From the NCBI GenBank assembly GCA_963668645.2, contig CAXXWC010000015.1:1-64000 (forward strand): a stretch of DNA of 64,000 nucleotides. The letters run 5' to 3'. Under the pieces are notes generated by a model. That model saw only the letters and a list, made by a program, of their open reading frames with translations. It had not been told where the DNA came from and ran no database searches. The DNA is from Desulfobacterales bacterium. Its GTDB lineage: Bacteria; Desulfobacterota; Desulfobacteria; Desulfobacterales; UBA2174. Position numbers and translations under genes: made by a program. Positions 46,229-55,451 of the stretch are shown here, in pieces (the first letter of the stretch is position 1; every line of letters starts with the position of its first letter).

Positions 46229-46927
46229 TCAGATCCAGAAATTTCCCTGCGTCTGTTTCAATTCCTGCAAGAAATCCAGCATGAGGCGGTGGAGTGCCTC
46301 GATGTGATCCCGCATGACTTTTTCGGCCATGGTGACGTCACACTTTCCGATGCTTTCGATCACCATCTGGTGTTCGTATTCGATCTCCTGCTTTCGCCGG
46401 TCCACTCCCCTTTCCAGGCGGTGCATGAAATGAATATGTTCCAGGACCGTCCTTAAAAAGGTGCGCGAAAACTTGTTGCCACCCATCCGGGCGATTTCAA
46501 TGTGCATGTCCATGTCCAGCTCCAGGTTCTTCCGGTCGGTATACGCCGGCCTGTAGTTGTGCAGTAGATCATGCTTTTGTTTCAGGATCGCGAATTTTTC
46601 CGGAGTGAAATTTTTGATGGCATTGCGCACGTTGATGCATTCCAGCTCCAGGCGTATCTCCCACAGATGGGAGATGGTCTTCTCATCAACCGAAGCGATC
46701 CGGTATCCCCTGTTGGGTTCGTACAAAACGAATCCCTCATAGACCAGTCGGTTCAGTGCATTGATAATCGGCGTCTTGCTCAAACCGACCCAGTCGCACA
46801 AGTCCTTGTAAGGCAGCTTCTGCCCCGGGTTAAGCACCCGCCGGAACAGCAGCTCCTTAATGGCATGGTAGGCGTTTCCGGGTTTGTCGTCTGCCAGATT
46901 GTCCGCCTTGGATGGAGTATTGGTCAT
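46229..46927 (-). CDS. GntR-family regulator (FCD domain)
   Basis: LNPGQKL..LSKTPIINALNRL..EGFV, EH..IESI..MRDHI. Confidence 0.9.
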   Translation of the reverse strand: MTNTPSKADNLADDKPGNAYHAIKELLFRRVLNPGQKLPYKDLCDWVGLSKTPIINALNRLVYEGFVLYEPNRGYRIASVDEKTISHLWEIRLELECINVRNAIKNFTPEKFAILKQKHDLLHNYRPAYTDRKNLELDMDMHIEIARMGGNKFSRTFLRTVLEHIHFMHRLERGVDRRKQEIEYEHQMVIESIGKCDVTMAEKVMRDHIEALHRLMLDFLQELKQTQGNFWI

Positions 46928-46940
46928 TTTGGATAACCTC

Positions 46941-48233
46941 TCATGGCGCATCGGAAGCGATCTTGATCACAATCTCTTCGGAAAAATCGACCCTATCCCA
47001 GTTGAACTTTTCCACCGGAATGACAATCCGGCTGTTCGCGATAAGCCGGCTGTAGTCTTTCGACCAGATTTGATTGCCCCCGGACCAGGCTTCAAGGGCC
47101 ACCTTTTTCATGGTTCTGCGCACCTGGGCTGAAACACCGGGGGTCCGGAAGGATGTTTTCCAGTTGCCGCTCCCATGGCCAAGCAGCTTCTGCGGCACGG
47201 CATACCGGAGCGGGTCGAGCGCCCTTATCCGGACGATCCTGTCGTTGCCGGGCCGTCCAGACCGCAGATGCGCCAGAATATTGATGGTCGCCTGGCGGCC
47301 CTCCAGGGCGCAGATGTCATGCATGTCGGCCCCGCGCAATACATTTCCGGCTGCGTAGATACCCGGCTCGCTGGTCATATAGTTCATATCGACCTCCGGG
47401 CCCAGGCTTGCGCCATCCTCCCGGATGGTGGTGTGGTGGATCAGCGCGGCGTCCGGGCGAAACTTTCCCGTACACACGATGGTATCGCAGGCGATTTCGA
47501 ACCGCTCTGCCGTTTCCCGGCATTCCAGCACAACCCCTTCAACGCGCTTCTTTCCGCAAATCGCTCGAATGCGCACGCCTCGAAAAAGAGGAAAACCGAA
47601 CACGGTACGGATCACTTTTGCCGCCAGCGGGTAGGTCTGTACCTGACGATCTTCCGAGACCATGGCGCTGATTTTGGTCCCCGCCTTGCTCAATGTCATG
47701 GCCGCAGACAGTGAGACGTGTTCACTGCCGATGATCAGTGCACGGTTGCCGGGTTTACCGTGCTGTAAATTGGCAACCTGCTGAAGCGAGCCGGTTGTGA
47801 AAATTCCGGCAGGCCGGCTGCCGGGAATCCTGCGCGATTCCCTGGAACGTTCGAAACATCCGGTGGCGATCAGAATGCAGCGGCACTCACAGCGGATCAG
47901 TCCTTCTTCCGTGGCGACATCCAGGGCATGAAGCGAGCCGTCCCTGGCCGGAACAATCCGGGTTACCGTCGCACTGGTATGAATATCGGTCGGGGTCTTT
48001 CGAACCAGACGATCAAGTTTTTTCGCGTATCGCGGACCGCTGTATATTCTTCCCAAGTCTCGCATGCCGAAAAAGACATGGCAGCTTCGGGGGATCCCCC
48101 CCAGTTCGGTTTCGCTCTCAAACAGTGCGACCTTGATACCTGTGTGACGGGCCAACTCGATGCAGGCCGACAACCCGGCCGGACCACCACCGACGACCGC
48201 GACATCCACGGTTTTTATCCGGTTGTATGTCAA
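46941..48233 (-). CDS. NAD(P)/FAD-dependent oxidoreductase
   Basis: VVGGGPAGL, ILIATGCFER, IPGSRPAGIFT, GIYAAGNVL; TTG start. Confidence 0.88.
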   Translation of the reverse strand: MTYNRIKTVDVAVVGGGPAGLSACIELARHTGIKVALFESETELGGIPRSCHVFFGMRDLGRIYSGPRYAKKLDRLVRKTPTDIHTSATVTRIVPARDGSLHALDVATEEGLIRCECRCILIATGCFERSRESRRIPGSRPAGIFTTGSLQQVANLQHGKPGNRALIIGSEHVSLSAAMTLSKAGTKISAMVSEDRQVQTYPLAAKVIRTVFGFPLFRGVRIRAICGKKRVEGVVLECRETAERFEIACDTIVCTGKFRPDAALIHHTTIREDGASLGPEVDMNYMTSEPGIYAAGNVLRGADMHDICALEGRQATINILAHLRSGRPGNDRIVRIRALDPLRYAVPQKLLGHGSGNWKTSFRTPGVSAQVRRTMKKVALEAWSGGNQIWSKDYSRLIANSRIVIPVEKFNWDRVDFSEEIVIKIASDAP

Positions 48234-48269
48234 TGCTCTGCCGCTCCTTTTCTGCTTGGCATTATATCA

Positions 48270-49577
48270 TCAGAACGCGACCATCGAATTCGGTAAAAAC
48301 AGAATCAGTTGTGGAAAAGCGATGAGAACGGCCATAACCACAAACTCCATCAGCAAAAACGGCAAGACGCCGATAAAGATGTCACTGATCGGTATCTCCG
48401 GCGCGACACCTTTGATCACATACACATTCAGTCCGACCGGCGGGGTGATCAGCGATACTTCTTCCATTTTCACGACCAGAATCCCGAAAACGATGGGATC
48501 AAATCCCATGTTGACCACGATGGGGAAAAATATCGGAATTGTGATCAACAGCATAGATATCGTATCCAGGAATAATCCGAGGGGAATGTAGATGGCGAGC
48601 ATGCAGATCAGGATCCAAACCGGTGCCACCCGGATGCTCGCTACGGCTTCCGAAACAGTTTCCGGCAGACCGGTCAGGGTAATGAACTGGGTGAAAAGGG
48701 TCGCACCCACGCAGATGGCCATGATCATTCCCGTGGTTCGACCGGTGTCGATGAAGGCCTTGGCCAGGACTTCCGGATTTTTGAAGTTCTTTTTAACGCT
48801 CATCAAAAAGGCGATAAAGGTGCCGACCGCCGCGGCTTCCGTGGGCGTGAAAATACCGGCGTAAATACCGATGACCACGGCCAGAAACAAAACGGTCACT
48901 CCCCACATCTGCGGCAGGGCTTCCCAACGCTGCCGCCAGCTGAACCGCATCGCTTGCGGTGCTATGGATGGGTTGCGTTTGACCATGACGTAAATGCCGG
49001 CAAAATAGATCAAGATCGTCAGGATACCCGGCAAGATGCCGGCCAGCAGCAACTTTGCCACGGAAGTCTTGGTGATAAAACCGTAGATGACCAGCACGAT
49101 GCTGGGCGGGATCAAGATCCCGAGAAGCCCACCGGCCGCAACTGCCGCCGATGAAAGCTTCGGGTCATAGCCGTATTTTCGCATCTCCGGTATGGCGACG
49201 GCTCCCATCATGCCGGCGGTTGCAACACTGGAGCCTGATGTTGCCGCGAAGGCACCGCTGGCGGCGATGCTGGCCATTGCCAGGCCGCCGGGCAACTGCC
49301 CGAACCACCGGTACGCGGTATCGAAGGCATGGGCCGTAACCCCTGCCGAGGAGGCAAGATAGCCCATCAAGATAAACAGGGGGACGGCAACCAGCAGCCA
49401 GCTTTTTAAAAAGGCAAAGGGATAGTTTCCCAGGCTGAACATCCCGATGCTCCAGCCGTCCAGAGAGAAAATCCCCACCATGCCGGCGATGCACAGCGAA
49501 AAAGCGATGGGAACGCGCATGAACAGAAGAAGCAAAAGCCCAGCCAACCCGACAAGACCAATTTCAACAGGACTCAT
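48270..49577 (-). CDS. dctM: TRAP transporter large permease
   Basis: VPLFILMG, SGSSVAT, GILIPPS, FTPTEAA, ITPPVG. Confidence 0.95.
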   Translation of the reverse strand: MSPVEIGLVGLAGLLLLLFMRVPIAFSLCIAGMVGIFSLDGWSIGMFSLGNYPFAFLKSWLLVAVPLFILMGYLASSAGVTAHAFDTAYRWFGQLPGGLAMASIAASGAFAATSGSSVATAGMMGAVAIPEMRKYGYDPKLSSAAVAAGGLLGILIPPSIVLVIYGFITKTSVAKLLLAGILPGILTILIYFAGIYVMVKRNPSIAPQAMRFSWRQRWEALPQMWGVTVLFLAVVIGIYAGIFTPTEAAAVGTFIAFLMSVKKNFKNPEVLAKAFIDTGRTTGMIMAICVGATLFTQFITLTGLPETVSEAVASIRVAPVWILICMLAIYIPLGLFLDTISMLLITIPIFFPIVVNMGFDPIVFGILVVKMEEVSLITPPVGLNVYVIKGVAPEIPISDIFIGVLPFLLMEFVVMAVLIAFPQLILFLPNSMVAF

Positions 49578-49597
49578 AACGGCCGTTCTCTTCCATT

Positions 49598-50173
49598 TCA
49601 GGTGGACGGTTTCACGACGTCGATTGCCCGAGGTGCCTTTTCACCCTCCCCAGCCTGGGGGCGCTTCGAACCGTTTTCGGGCTGCCACATATTCATCAGA
49701 CTCTGGATGCACAAAGCAAGGCAACCGATGGGAATCACCAGCCTGACGAACCATACCGGCATCACATACGCCCCAAACCAGTTCGTCTCCCCGGTCTTGA
49801 AGGCCGACCAGAACCGCTCTGCCCCTGCATAGAAGAACATCAGGCTGAAAATCAGAATCAAGCCGCTGTCCACCCGTGCCAAGACCTGTCGCACCCGTTC
49901 GGGCAGCCGGGTGAAAAGAAGATCGACGGATATATGGCCTTTTTCGTGATAGGTTTGGAAAATACCGATAAAACCGATGACGACGAGCAGGTACTCGTTG
50001 ATTTCAACGGTACCCGGGAGGCCCGCCCCCAGGATGCTTCGCCCGGCGACATCCATAACCACCAGCAAAACCATCACCGCGAGGCAGACACCCACCACGT
50101 TGCGGGCGACTGAATGCATCCTGCCCAACCACCGGCCGCTGCAACTGCAACCTTTTTTTCTTGTCTTTGCCAT
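49598..50173 (-). CDS. dctQ: TRAP transporter small permease
   Basis: Four TMs, DVAGR, HISVDL; between dctP and dctM. Confidence 0.9.
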   Translation of the reverse strand: MAKTRKKGCSCSGRWLGRMHSVARNVVGVCLAVMVLLVVMDVAGRSILGAGLPGTVEINEYLLVVIGFIGIFQTYHEKGHISVDLLFTRLPERVRQVLARVDSGLILIFSLMFFYAGAERFWSAFKTGETNWFGAYVMPVWFVRLVIPIGCLALCIQSLMNMWQPENGSKRPQAGEGEKAPRAIDVVKPST

Positions 50174-50322
50174 CACAAGAGGCTCTCCGCGAAGATGTTT
50201 TCGCCAGCCGATGAAGACAAGGCATTTGCTTCTGAGCGGTTTTCAGAATCGTTGCCGATCGTTTCTTAAAAAAAATACCTGCCCCAAGCGCATGCCTCCA
50301 TCGGCTGCATCAAACGTCCGGT

Positions 50323-51390
50323 CTACTTGCCGTAAGGATTCTCGTAAGGGTACTGATTTTCGTACTTTTCAACCAACGCTTTGTATTTTTCGAGAAACTG
50401 CTCGCCCGGCAGATTCTCTTTTTTCATTTCATCAAGCCAGGCTTGCCAGATGGCCGGGACCGCCATTTTTTTCGCCTCGGCCTTTGCTTCTGCCGTCCAG
50501 TTGATGATCTTGACTGCACTTTCCTTTTCCAGCTGCTGGAAAACCTCCTTTTCGGTCTGCGCCATCCATTGGCGGTGTCTCACCATCCCCTCTTGGCGCA
50601 GCGCTTCAACGATTTTTTTAACCTTGTCCGGAAAGCTGTCATAGGTCTTTTTCGACATCGCAAAATAAGTCACGGCATAGATACCCGCGCCGGTATTGAA
50701 CACGTGGGGCGCCACTTCCCAGAATCGCGAGGCATGAACGTTCAGCGAAGGAATTCCGAAGGCCCCGTCGAGAACCCCCCTGTTGAGTGCGTCATAGATT
50801 TCGGCATAGGACAGGGCAATGGGATTAGCTCCCCAAAGATTGATCATCTCGGCCACGCCGGCATAGCTTCGAAATTTTTTCCCCTTAATGTCGGCAACCC
50901 CCCTGATGGGAGTCCGGCTCTGGCAGGCCATGATATCGATTCCTGCGGGAAAAACCATCATCAAGCCGGCATTGTCCCATTCCCTGCGTACCGGTGCATA
51001 CCCGTTGTAAAGGTCCCACAGGGCCGCGCCGCTGGCATGGGGGTTTTCCGTGATATACAGCAGCTCGAACCCCCTGTTCAGCTTGAAGATATGCGGGGTA
51101 TACCCCATCCCCGTAAAGATGAAATCCACCGCACCGCTCTTGCAAAGATCTGGCATGTCCGGCGCCTTGCCCAAAGTCCCCGAATAATAAAACTTGGCCT
51201 TGTATTCTCCACCGGTACGCTTTTCCAGCTCCTGGCCGAACCAGCGCATCGAACTGGTCATGGGGTTGGTCTCCCCGTAGGGACTGGAGTATTTGAGCAT
51301 TTTCGCCGCCACCGGTCCTTGGGCAAAGATTCCGGTCAACATGAACATGCCTAAATAACAGAATAACAATCCGATCCGGTTTCCTTTCAT
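50323..51390 (-). CDS. dctP: TRAP transporter substrate-binding protein
   Basis: Signal peptide, DIKGKKFRS, EIYDALNRGVLDG. Confidence 0.92.
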   Translation of the reverse strand: MKGNRIGLLFCYLGMFMLTGIFAQGPVAAKMLKYSSPYGETNPMTSSMRWFGQELEKRTGGEYKAKFYYSGTLGKAPDMPDLCKSGAVDFIFTGMGYTPHIFKLNRGFELLYITENPHASGAALWDLYNGYAPVRREWDNAGLMMVFPAGIDIMACQSRTPIRGVADIKGKKFRSYAGVAEMINLWGANPIALSYAEIYDALNRGVLDGAFGIPSLNVHASRFWEVAPHVFNTGAGIYAVTYFAMSKKTYDSFPDKVKKIVEALRQEGMVRHRQWMAQTEKEVFQQLEKESAVKIINWTAEAKAEAKKMAVPAIWQAWLDEMKKENLPGEQFLEKYKALVEKYENQYPYENPYGK

Positions 51391-51408
51391 GGTTTCTCCT
51401 CTCCGAGC

Positions 51409-52908
51409 TCAGTTGGCTAGCAACGTGAATCCATCTCCTTTGAAAGTGACCTCTTTTCTGTCGGCGTTCAACTCTTTTGCCATGATTTCGAGGATCTTCG
51501 GGCCGCACCAGTTTCTTTGGCACCGCCCCATACCTGCCCGGGTGCGAAACATCACCCCCTGGAGGGTCGTCGCCCCCCTTCGCACCGCTTCGGCGATCTC
51601 CCCTTCGGTCACCGTTTCACACCGGCAGACAACCCGTCCATATCGCGGATCCTTTCGGATCAGTTGCTCTTTTTCTGCATCGCAAAGATAGCGAAAACGG
51701 GGGATGGACCGGCGTTTCGGCTGGAAGCTGTCCTTTTTCTCCAATTGCAGTCCCGCATCCTGCAGCATCCCGGCCACCTTGCCGGCGATTCTCGGTGCCG
51801 GCGTAAATCCGGGCATCCGGACCAGGACGTTGATAAAAGCGGGATTATCAGGGGCGTGTTCGATGAGGTTTTCTTCGAATTCCTTGTCATTAAACGTTCG
51901 CATCCCGACGTAGGCGGTAATGACATCCTCTTCGGACAAACAGGGCACCAGCTGTTTCATGCGCGCTATGGCATCGTCGAAGTTGGCCTGGGTGGTTTCG
52001 GTAAAATCCCGGTCTTCCACCAGATCGTAATTGGCGCCGTACACATGAATGTTCCCCTCGCCGAGAGGATACAAAAAGTCGATCTTGCCCGAATCGGGCG
52101 GGATGCCGATGATGTGGCGGATGGTCCCATCGAGCTTCTTGTCCATGATAAGGGCCTGGCTGCGGTAAAAAACCAGGTGCCAGCCGGTCCTGGCATCGGC
52201 CATGTCGGCGATGCGATCCGCATATTTACCTGCACAATTGATGACATAGCGCGCCTTGAAGGTTCCCCTGGATGTTCTCACCAACTGGTGCCCGCCCCGG
52301 TTTTCGATGCCGCGGCACTCGGCGTTGAAAATGACGTGGGCACCGTTTTCCCGGGCGTTTTCGTATACCGCGATGACATATTCCGGGCCGAACATGGAAA
52401 TGGTCCCGGTAGAATCGTGCAATCCCTCGAGCACATCCGGGGTGACGTTGGGCTCCATCTCCAGCAGTTCATCCCTGGAGACTCTGCGCACAGTGCCTCC
52501 GGGGACGAACTGCGCCAGATGTTCCAGCCGTCGCAGCTTTTCCAATTCGGCGTCGTTTCTGGCCAGGATCAGCAGGTCCGTATGCTTGTGGGCGATGTCC
52601 AGATCATGAGCGATCCGGTCGAAGTCGCAAAAACCGCCCCAGAGCATCCGCATCCGTTCGGTTTTCGTCTCCTCTTCCAAATCCATCCCTTTTCCCAGAT
52701 CCTTGATCACCAGCGACAAGGCCTGAAACAACCCCATATAGATGAGAGAGCCGGCAGTCTTGCTGATGCCCATCGCCACATCGGGTTCCTTTTCGATCAC
52801 CGTGACATCCACCCGGTAGCGGGACAGCTCCCTGGCGATGCTCATTCCGATGATTCCCGCGCCGATGATTACAACGTCGGTTTCTTTGTCGAGAGATTCG
52901 TTTATCAT
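51409..52908 (-). CDS. FAD-dependent oxidoreductase with C-terminal BFD-like [2Fe-2S] domain (GlpA/LhgO-like)
   Basis: IIGAGIIG, INCAG.YAD, VVCRCETVTEGEI..RTRAGMGRCQ..C. Confidence 0.88.
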   Translation of the reverse strand: MINESLDKETDVVIIGAGIIGMSIARELSRYRVDVTVIEKEPDVAMGISKTAGSLIYMGLFQALSLVIKDLGKGMDLEEETKTERMRMLWGGFCDFDRIAHDLDIAHKHTDLLILARNDAELEKLRRLEHLAQFVPGGTVRRVSRDELLEMEPNVTPDVLEGLHDSTGTISMFGPEYVIAVYENARENGAHVIFNAECRGIENRGGHQLVRTSRGTFKARYVINCAGKYADRIADMADARTGWHLVFYRSQALIMDKKLDGTIRHIIGIPPDSGKIDFLYPLGEGNIHVYGANYDLVEDRDFTETTQANFDDAIARMKQLVPCLSEEDVITAYVGMRTFNDKEFEENLIEHAPDNPAFINVLVRMPGFTPAPRIAGKVAGMLQDAGLQLEKKDSFQPKRRSIPRFRYLCDAEKEQLIRKDPRYGRVVCRCETVTEGEIAEAVRRGATTLQGVMFRTRAGMGRCQRNWCGPKILEIMAKELNADRKEVTFKGDGFTLLAN

Positions 52909-52932
52909 GGTGACCTGCTCTATCCGGCTTTC

Positions 52933-53640
52933 CTATTTCCAGTTGTTTATTTTCTCGCCGATGACCTTGGAGTCTGAAATGATGGCGATGTAGCTCAATA
53001 CGTTATCGATGATCCAGTCGTGGAGTTCATCGGTGGCATCGTTGCAGCAGTCTTTGAGCACGATGGGGTAGTACTGGCGGTCGCTGGCGGAAAGGGTGGT
53101 TGCCAAAACCACGTACCGGGCAGTGGCGATGCCGGCGATCATCACGTCCGTCACCCCCATCGAGTGCAGCAGGATATCCAAGTCGGTGCCGTAAAAACCG
53201 TTTTTCGAGGCGTGGCTGACCACGGGCTCGTTGCCCACCGGTTTGAGTTCGTCGATAATTTCCGCCCCCCATGTCCCATCCACGAGGACCCCCGCTTTCG
53301 TGAAAGCGGAAAAAAGCGGACCCGGTTTGGAAGACACCTCAGGCGCCCCGGGGCGAAGTGCAAAGCGCACGTGAATAACCGGAATGCCTTTATTGCGGCA
53401 TGCATCCAGAACGGCTTTGGTATGTTCAACGTTGCCGGCATCCGCAATCCTTTTGGCATAGTAGCTTGCAATCTTCCCATCGGGATGCACGATGTCGTTT
53501 TGATAATGCAAAATCAGCAACGCGGCTTTTTCAGGGTTGAATACCAGCGGTTCGGATTCCTTGGCCATGGATTGCGCCACAGCAAGCGACAAACAAACGA
53601 GTGAAATAACGGCAGACAGTAGGGCGAGCCTCTTTTTCAT
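52933..53640 (-). CDS. isochorismatase/cysteine-hydrolase fold protein with signal peptide
   Basis: MKKR plus hydrophobic core; ALLILHYQND, GTWGAEI, FYGTDLD, GIAT, DCC; GGGAGG RBS. Confidence 0.85.
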   Translation of the reverse strand: MKKRLALLSAVISLVCLSLAVAQSMAKESEPLVFNPEKAALLILHYQNDIVHPDGKIASYYAKRIADAGNVEHTKAVLDACRNKGIPVIHVRFALRPGAPEVSSKPGPLFSAFTKAGVLVDGTWGAEIIDELKPVGNEPVVSHASKNGFYGTDLDILLHSMGVTDVMIAGIATARYVVLATTLSASDRQYYPIVLKDCCNDATDELHDWIIDNVLSYIAIISDSKVIGEKINNWK

Positions 53641-53823
53641 TTTTCCTCCCATGCTGAATTATTTCGGTTAGTTTCATCCCATGGCACAAGTGCTGCGATC
53701 AAAAGACGCCTCTTTTCCCAAAACGCCTTGGCCCTGACTGAATTCTCTCGGGCAAGCGTATCGGGTCAATCTACCTATGTTGCGGTAATACGGACGAGGG
53801 CCTTGTGTTTTTGCTGCGATCTG

Positions 53824-53875
53824 ATTTTGGATCCAAAATTGGATCGTATATGAGGGATAAAATTTTTCCTGTCAA
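53824..53875 (-). promoter_or_regulatory. promoter and palindromic GntR/VanR-type operator
   Basis: Perfect 16-bp palindrome ATTTTGGATCCAAAAT (53824-53839), adjacent TTGGATC half site, TTGACA at 53875-53870. Confidence 0.65.
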
Positions 53876-54041
53876 GACTTTTTTTCAGTTACCTTCAGGA
53901 TTCCGATGACACCTGTTCCGTGCAGGTCATGAAATGCGTTTGGCGGGAGGTGGATTTTCTTGGAACTTGGGGATACCGAGTGGGGGATTAAAAGAAATCC
54001 GTGCCTTGGCAAAGCGGTCTGTTTGGGGGGATTTGCCTCAA

Positions 54042-54073
54042 ACCACCTCTCCCGCACCTGCGGGAGAGGTGGT
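54042..54073 (-). terminator. strong hairpin after the oxidoreductase operon
   Basis: ACCACCTCTCCCGCA / TGCGGGAGAGGTGGT perfect 15-bp inverted repeat. Confidence 0.7.
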
Positions 54074-54102
54074 GGCGCAGAGACATGATCTGGACAAACA
54101 CT

Positions 54103-54642
54103 TCAGGCCGCCTCGGCCAGTTCGATGCCGATCTCCAGGGCCTGTCGGTTCATGTCGATAAAAGCCGCGGGAAGGCGCCGTTCGAGCATCTTCATCACCG
54201 ATTCGGGCTTGATCAGCCCGGTCAGGGTGATGACCGCCCCGAGCATGCAGATGTTGAACACGATGGGCTTGCCGATGCGATCCATCACCGTGCGGAACAT
54301 GTCCAGCTGGCGCTGGCGGGCGTCCACCTTGCGTTCGAGCTGGACATAGCGCGGATCGGTGATCAACAGCCCCCCGGGCCGGATGATGGGATAAAACTTG
54401 TTATAGGCCTCCTGGGTCAGGCACACGAGCACGTTGGGCTGGAGCACCTTGGGAAAGAAGATCTCCTCTTCGGCCACGATCACGTCCGAGCGCGTGGCCC
54501 CGCCCCGGGCCGCCGCGCCGTAGACCTGGGTCTGCACCGCGTTGAGCCCTTCTTCGATCACCGCCGCCTCGGCCAGCAGGATGGCCGCCGTGATCACCCC
54601 CTGGCCGCCGGAGCCGGAAAATACGATTCTGCATCTTTCCAT
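54103..54642 (-). CDS. 2-oxoacid:ferredoxin oxidoreductase gamma subunit
   Basis: SGSGGQGVI, YGAAARGG, NICMLGA. Confidence 0.93.
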   Translation of the reverse strand: MERCRIVFSGSGGQGVITAAILLAEAAVIEEGLNAVQTQVYGAAARGGATRSDVIVAEEEIFFPKVLQPNVLVCLTQEAYNKFYPIIRPGGLLITDPRYVQLERKVDARQRQLDMFRTVMDRIGKPIVFNICMLGAVITLTGLIKPESVMKMLERRLPAAFIDMNRQALEIGIELAEAA

Positions 54643-54644
54643 GG

Positions 54645-55448
54645 CTATTTTCCTTTCTGGGCCCGTTCGATGACCTGGTCGTAAGCCTTGCAGTACTCGG
54701 GCAGCTCCTTTTGTACGAAGACGCCGCGTTCGATCAGGGCCGGGTTTTCCGCCTTGGCCTTGGAGCCCACCGGCGTGGTGTTGTCCTTGAGCCAGTTCAT
54801 CATTTCCACCGCCCCGCCCTGCTTGTTGCGCCGCCCGAAATAGGTCGGGCACTGGGTCAGGACCTCGACCACCGAAAAGCCTTCGTGCAGGATCGCTTCG
54901 CGCAGCAGCTTGGTCAGCTGCTGCACATGGTAGGTGGTCGAACGGGCCACGAAGGTGGCCCCGGCCGCGCGGGCCAGCTCGACCACGTCAAAGCTCTGGT
55001 CCACGGTGGCATAGGGGGCCGTGGTGGCCATGATCCCGTAACCCGAAAGGGGAGAGAACTGGCCCCCGGTCATCCCGTAGATGCGGTTGTTCATCACGAT
55101 GGCGGTGATGTCGATGTTGCGCCGGGCCGCGTGGATGAAGTGGTTGCCGCCGATGGCCAGCGCGTCCCCGTCGCCCATGGGCACGATCAGGTTCAGCTCC
55201 GGGCGGCTCAGCTTGACCCCCGTGGCAAAGGCCAGGGCCCGGCCGTGAATCGTATGCAGGGTATGAAAGTCGAGATACCCCGAGATGCGGCTCGAACAGC
55301 CGATCCCCGAGGCCATCACGATTTCGTTTTTGCTCATGCCGAGCGATTCCACGGCCCGCAGCAGGCTGTTGAGAATGATGCCGTGGCCGCAGCCGGCGCA
55401 CCAGATGTGCGGGAAAAATCGTTCACGGATATAATCTTTGACAGCCAT
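54645..55448 (-). CDS. 2-oxoacid:ferredoxin oxidoreductase beta subunit
   Basis: WCAGCG, GIGCS, HGRA, GDGD..N TPP motif, YGMTGGQ. Confidence 0.95.
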   Translation of the reverse strand: MAVKDYIRERFFPHIWCAGCGHGIILNSLLRAVESLGMSKNEIVMASGIGCSSRISGYLDFHTLHTIHGRALAFATGVKLSRPELNLIVPMGDGDALAIGGNHFIHAARRNIDITAIVMNNRIYGMTGGQFSPLSGYGIMATTAPYATVDQSFDVVELARAAGATFVARSTTYHVQQLTKLLREAILHEGFSVVEVLTQCPTYFGRRNKQGGAVEMMNWLKDNTTPVGSKAKAENPALIERGVFVQKELPEYCKAYDQVIERAQKGK

Positions 55449-55451
55449 GGG

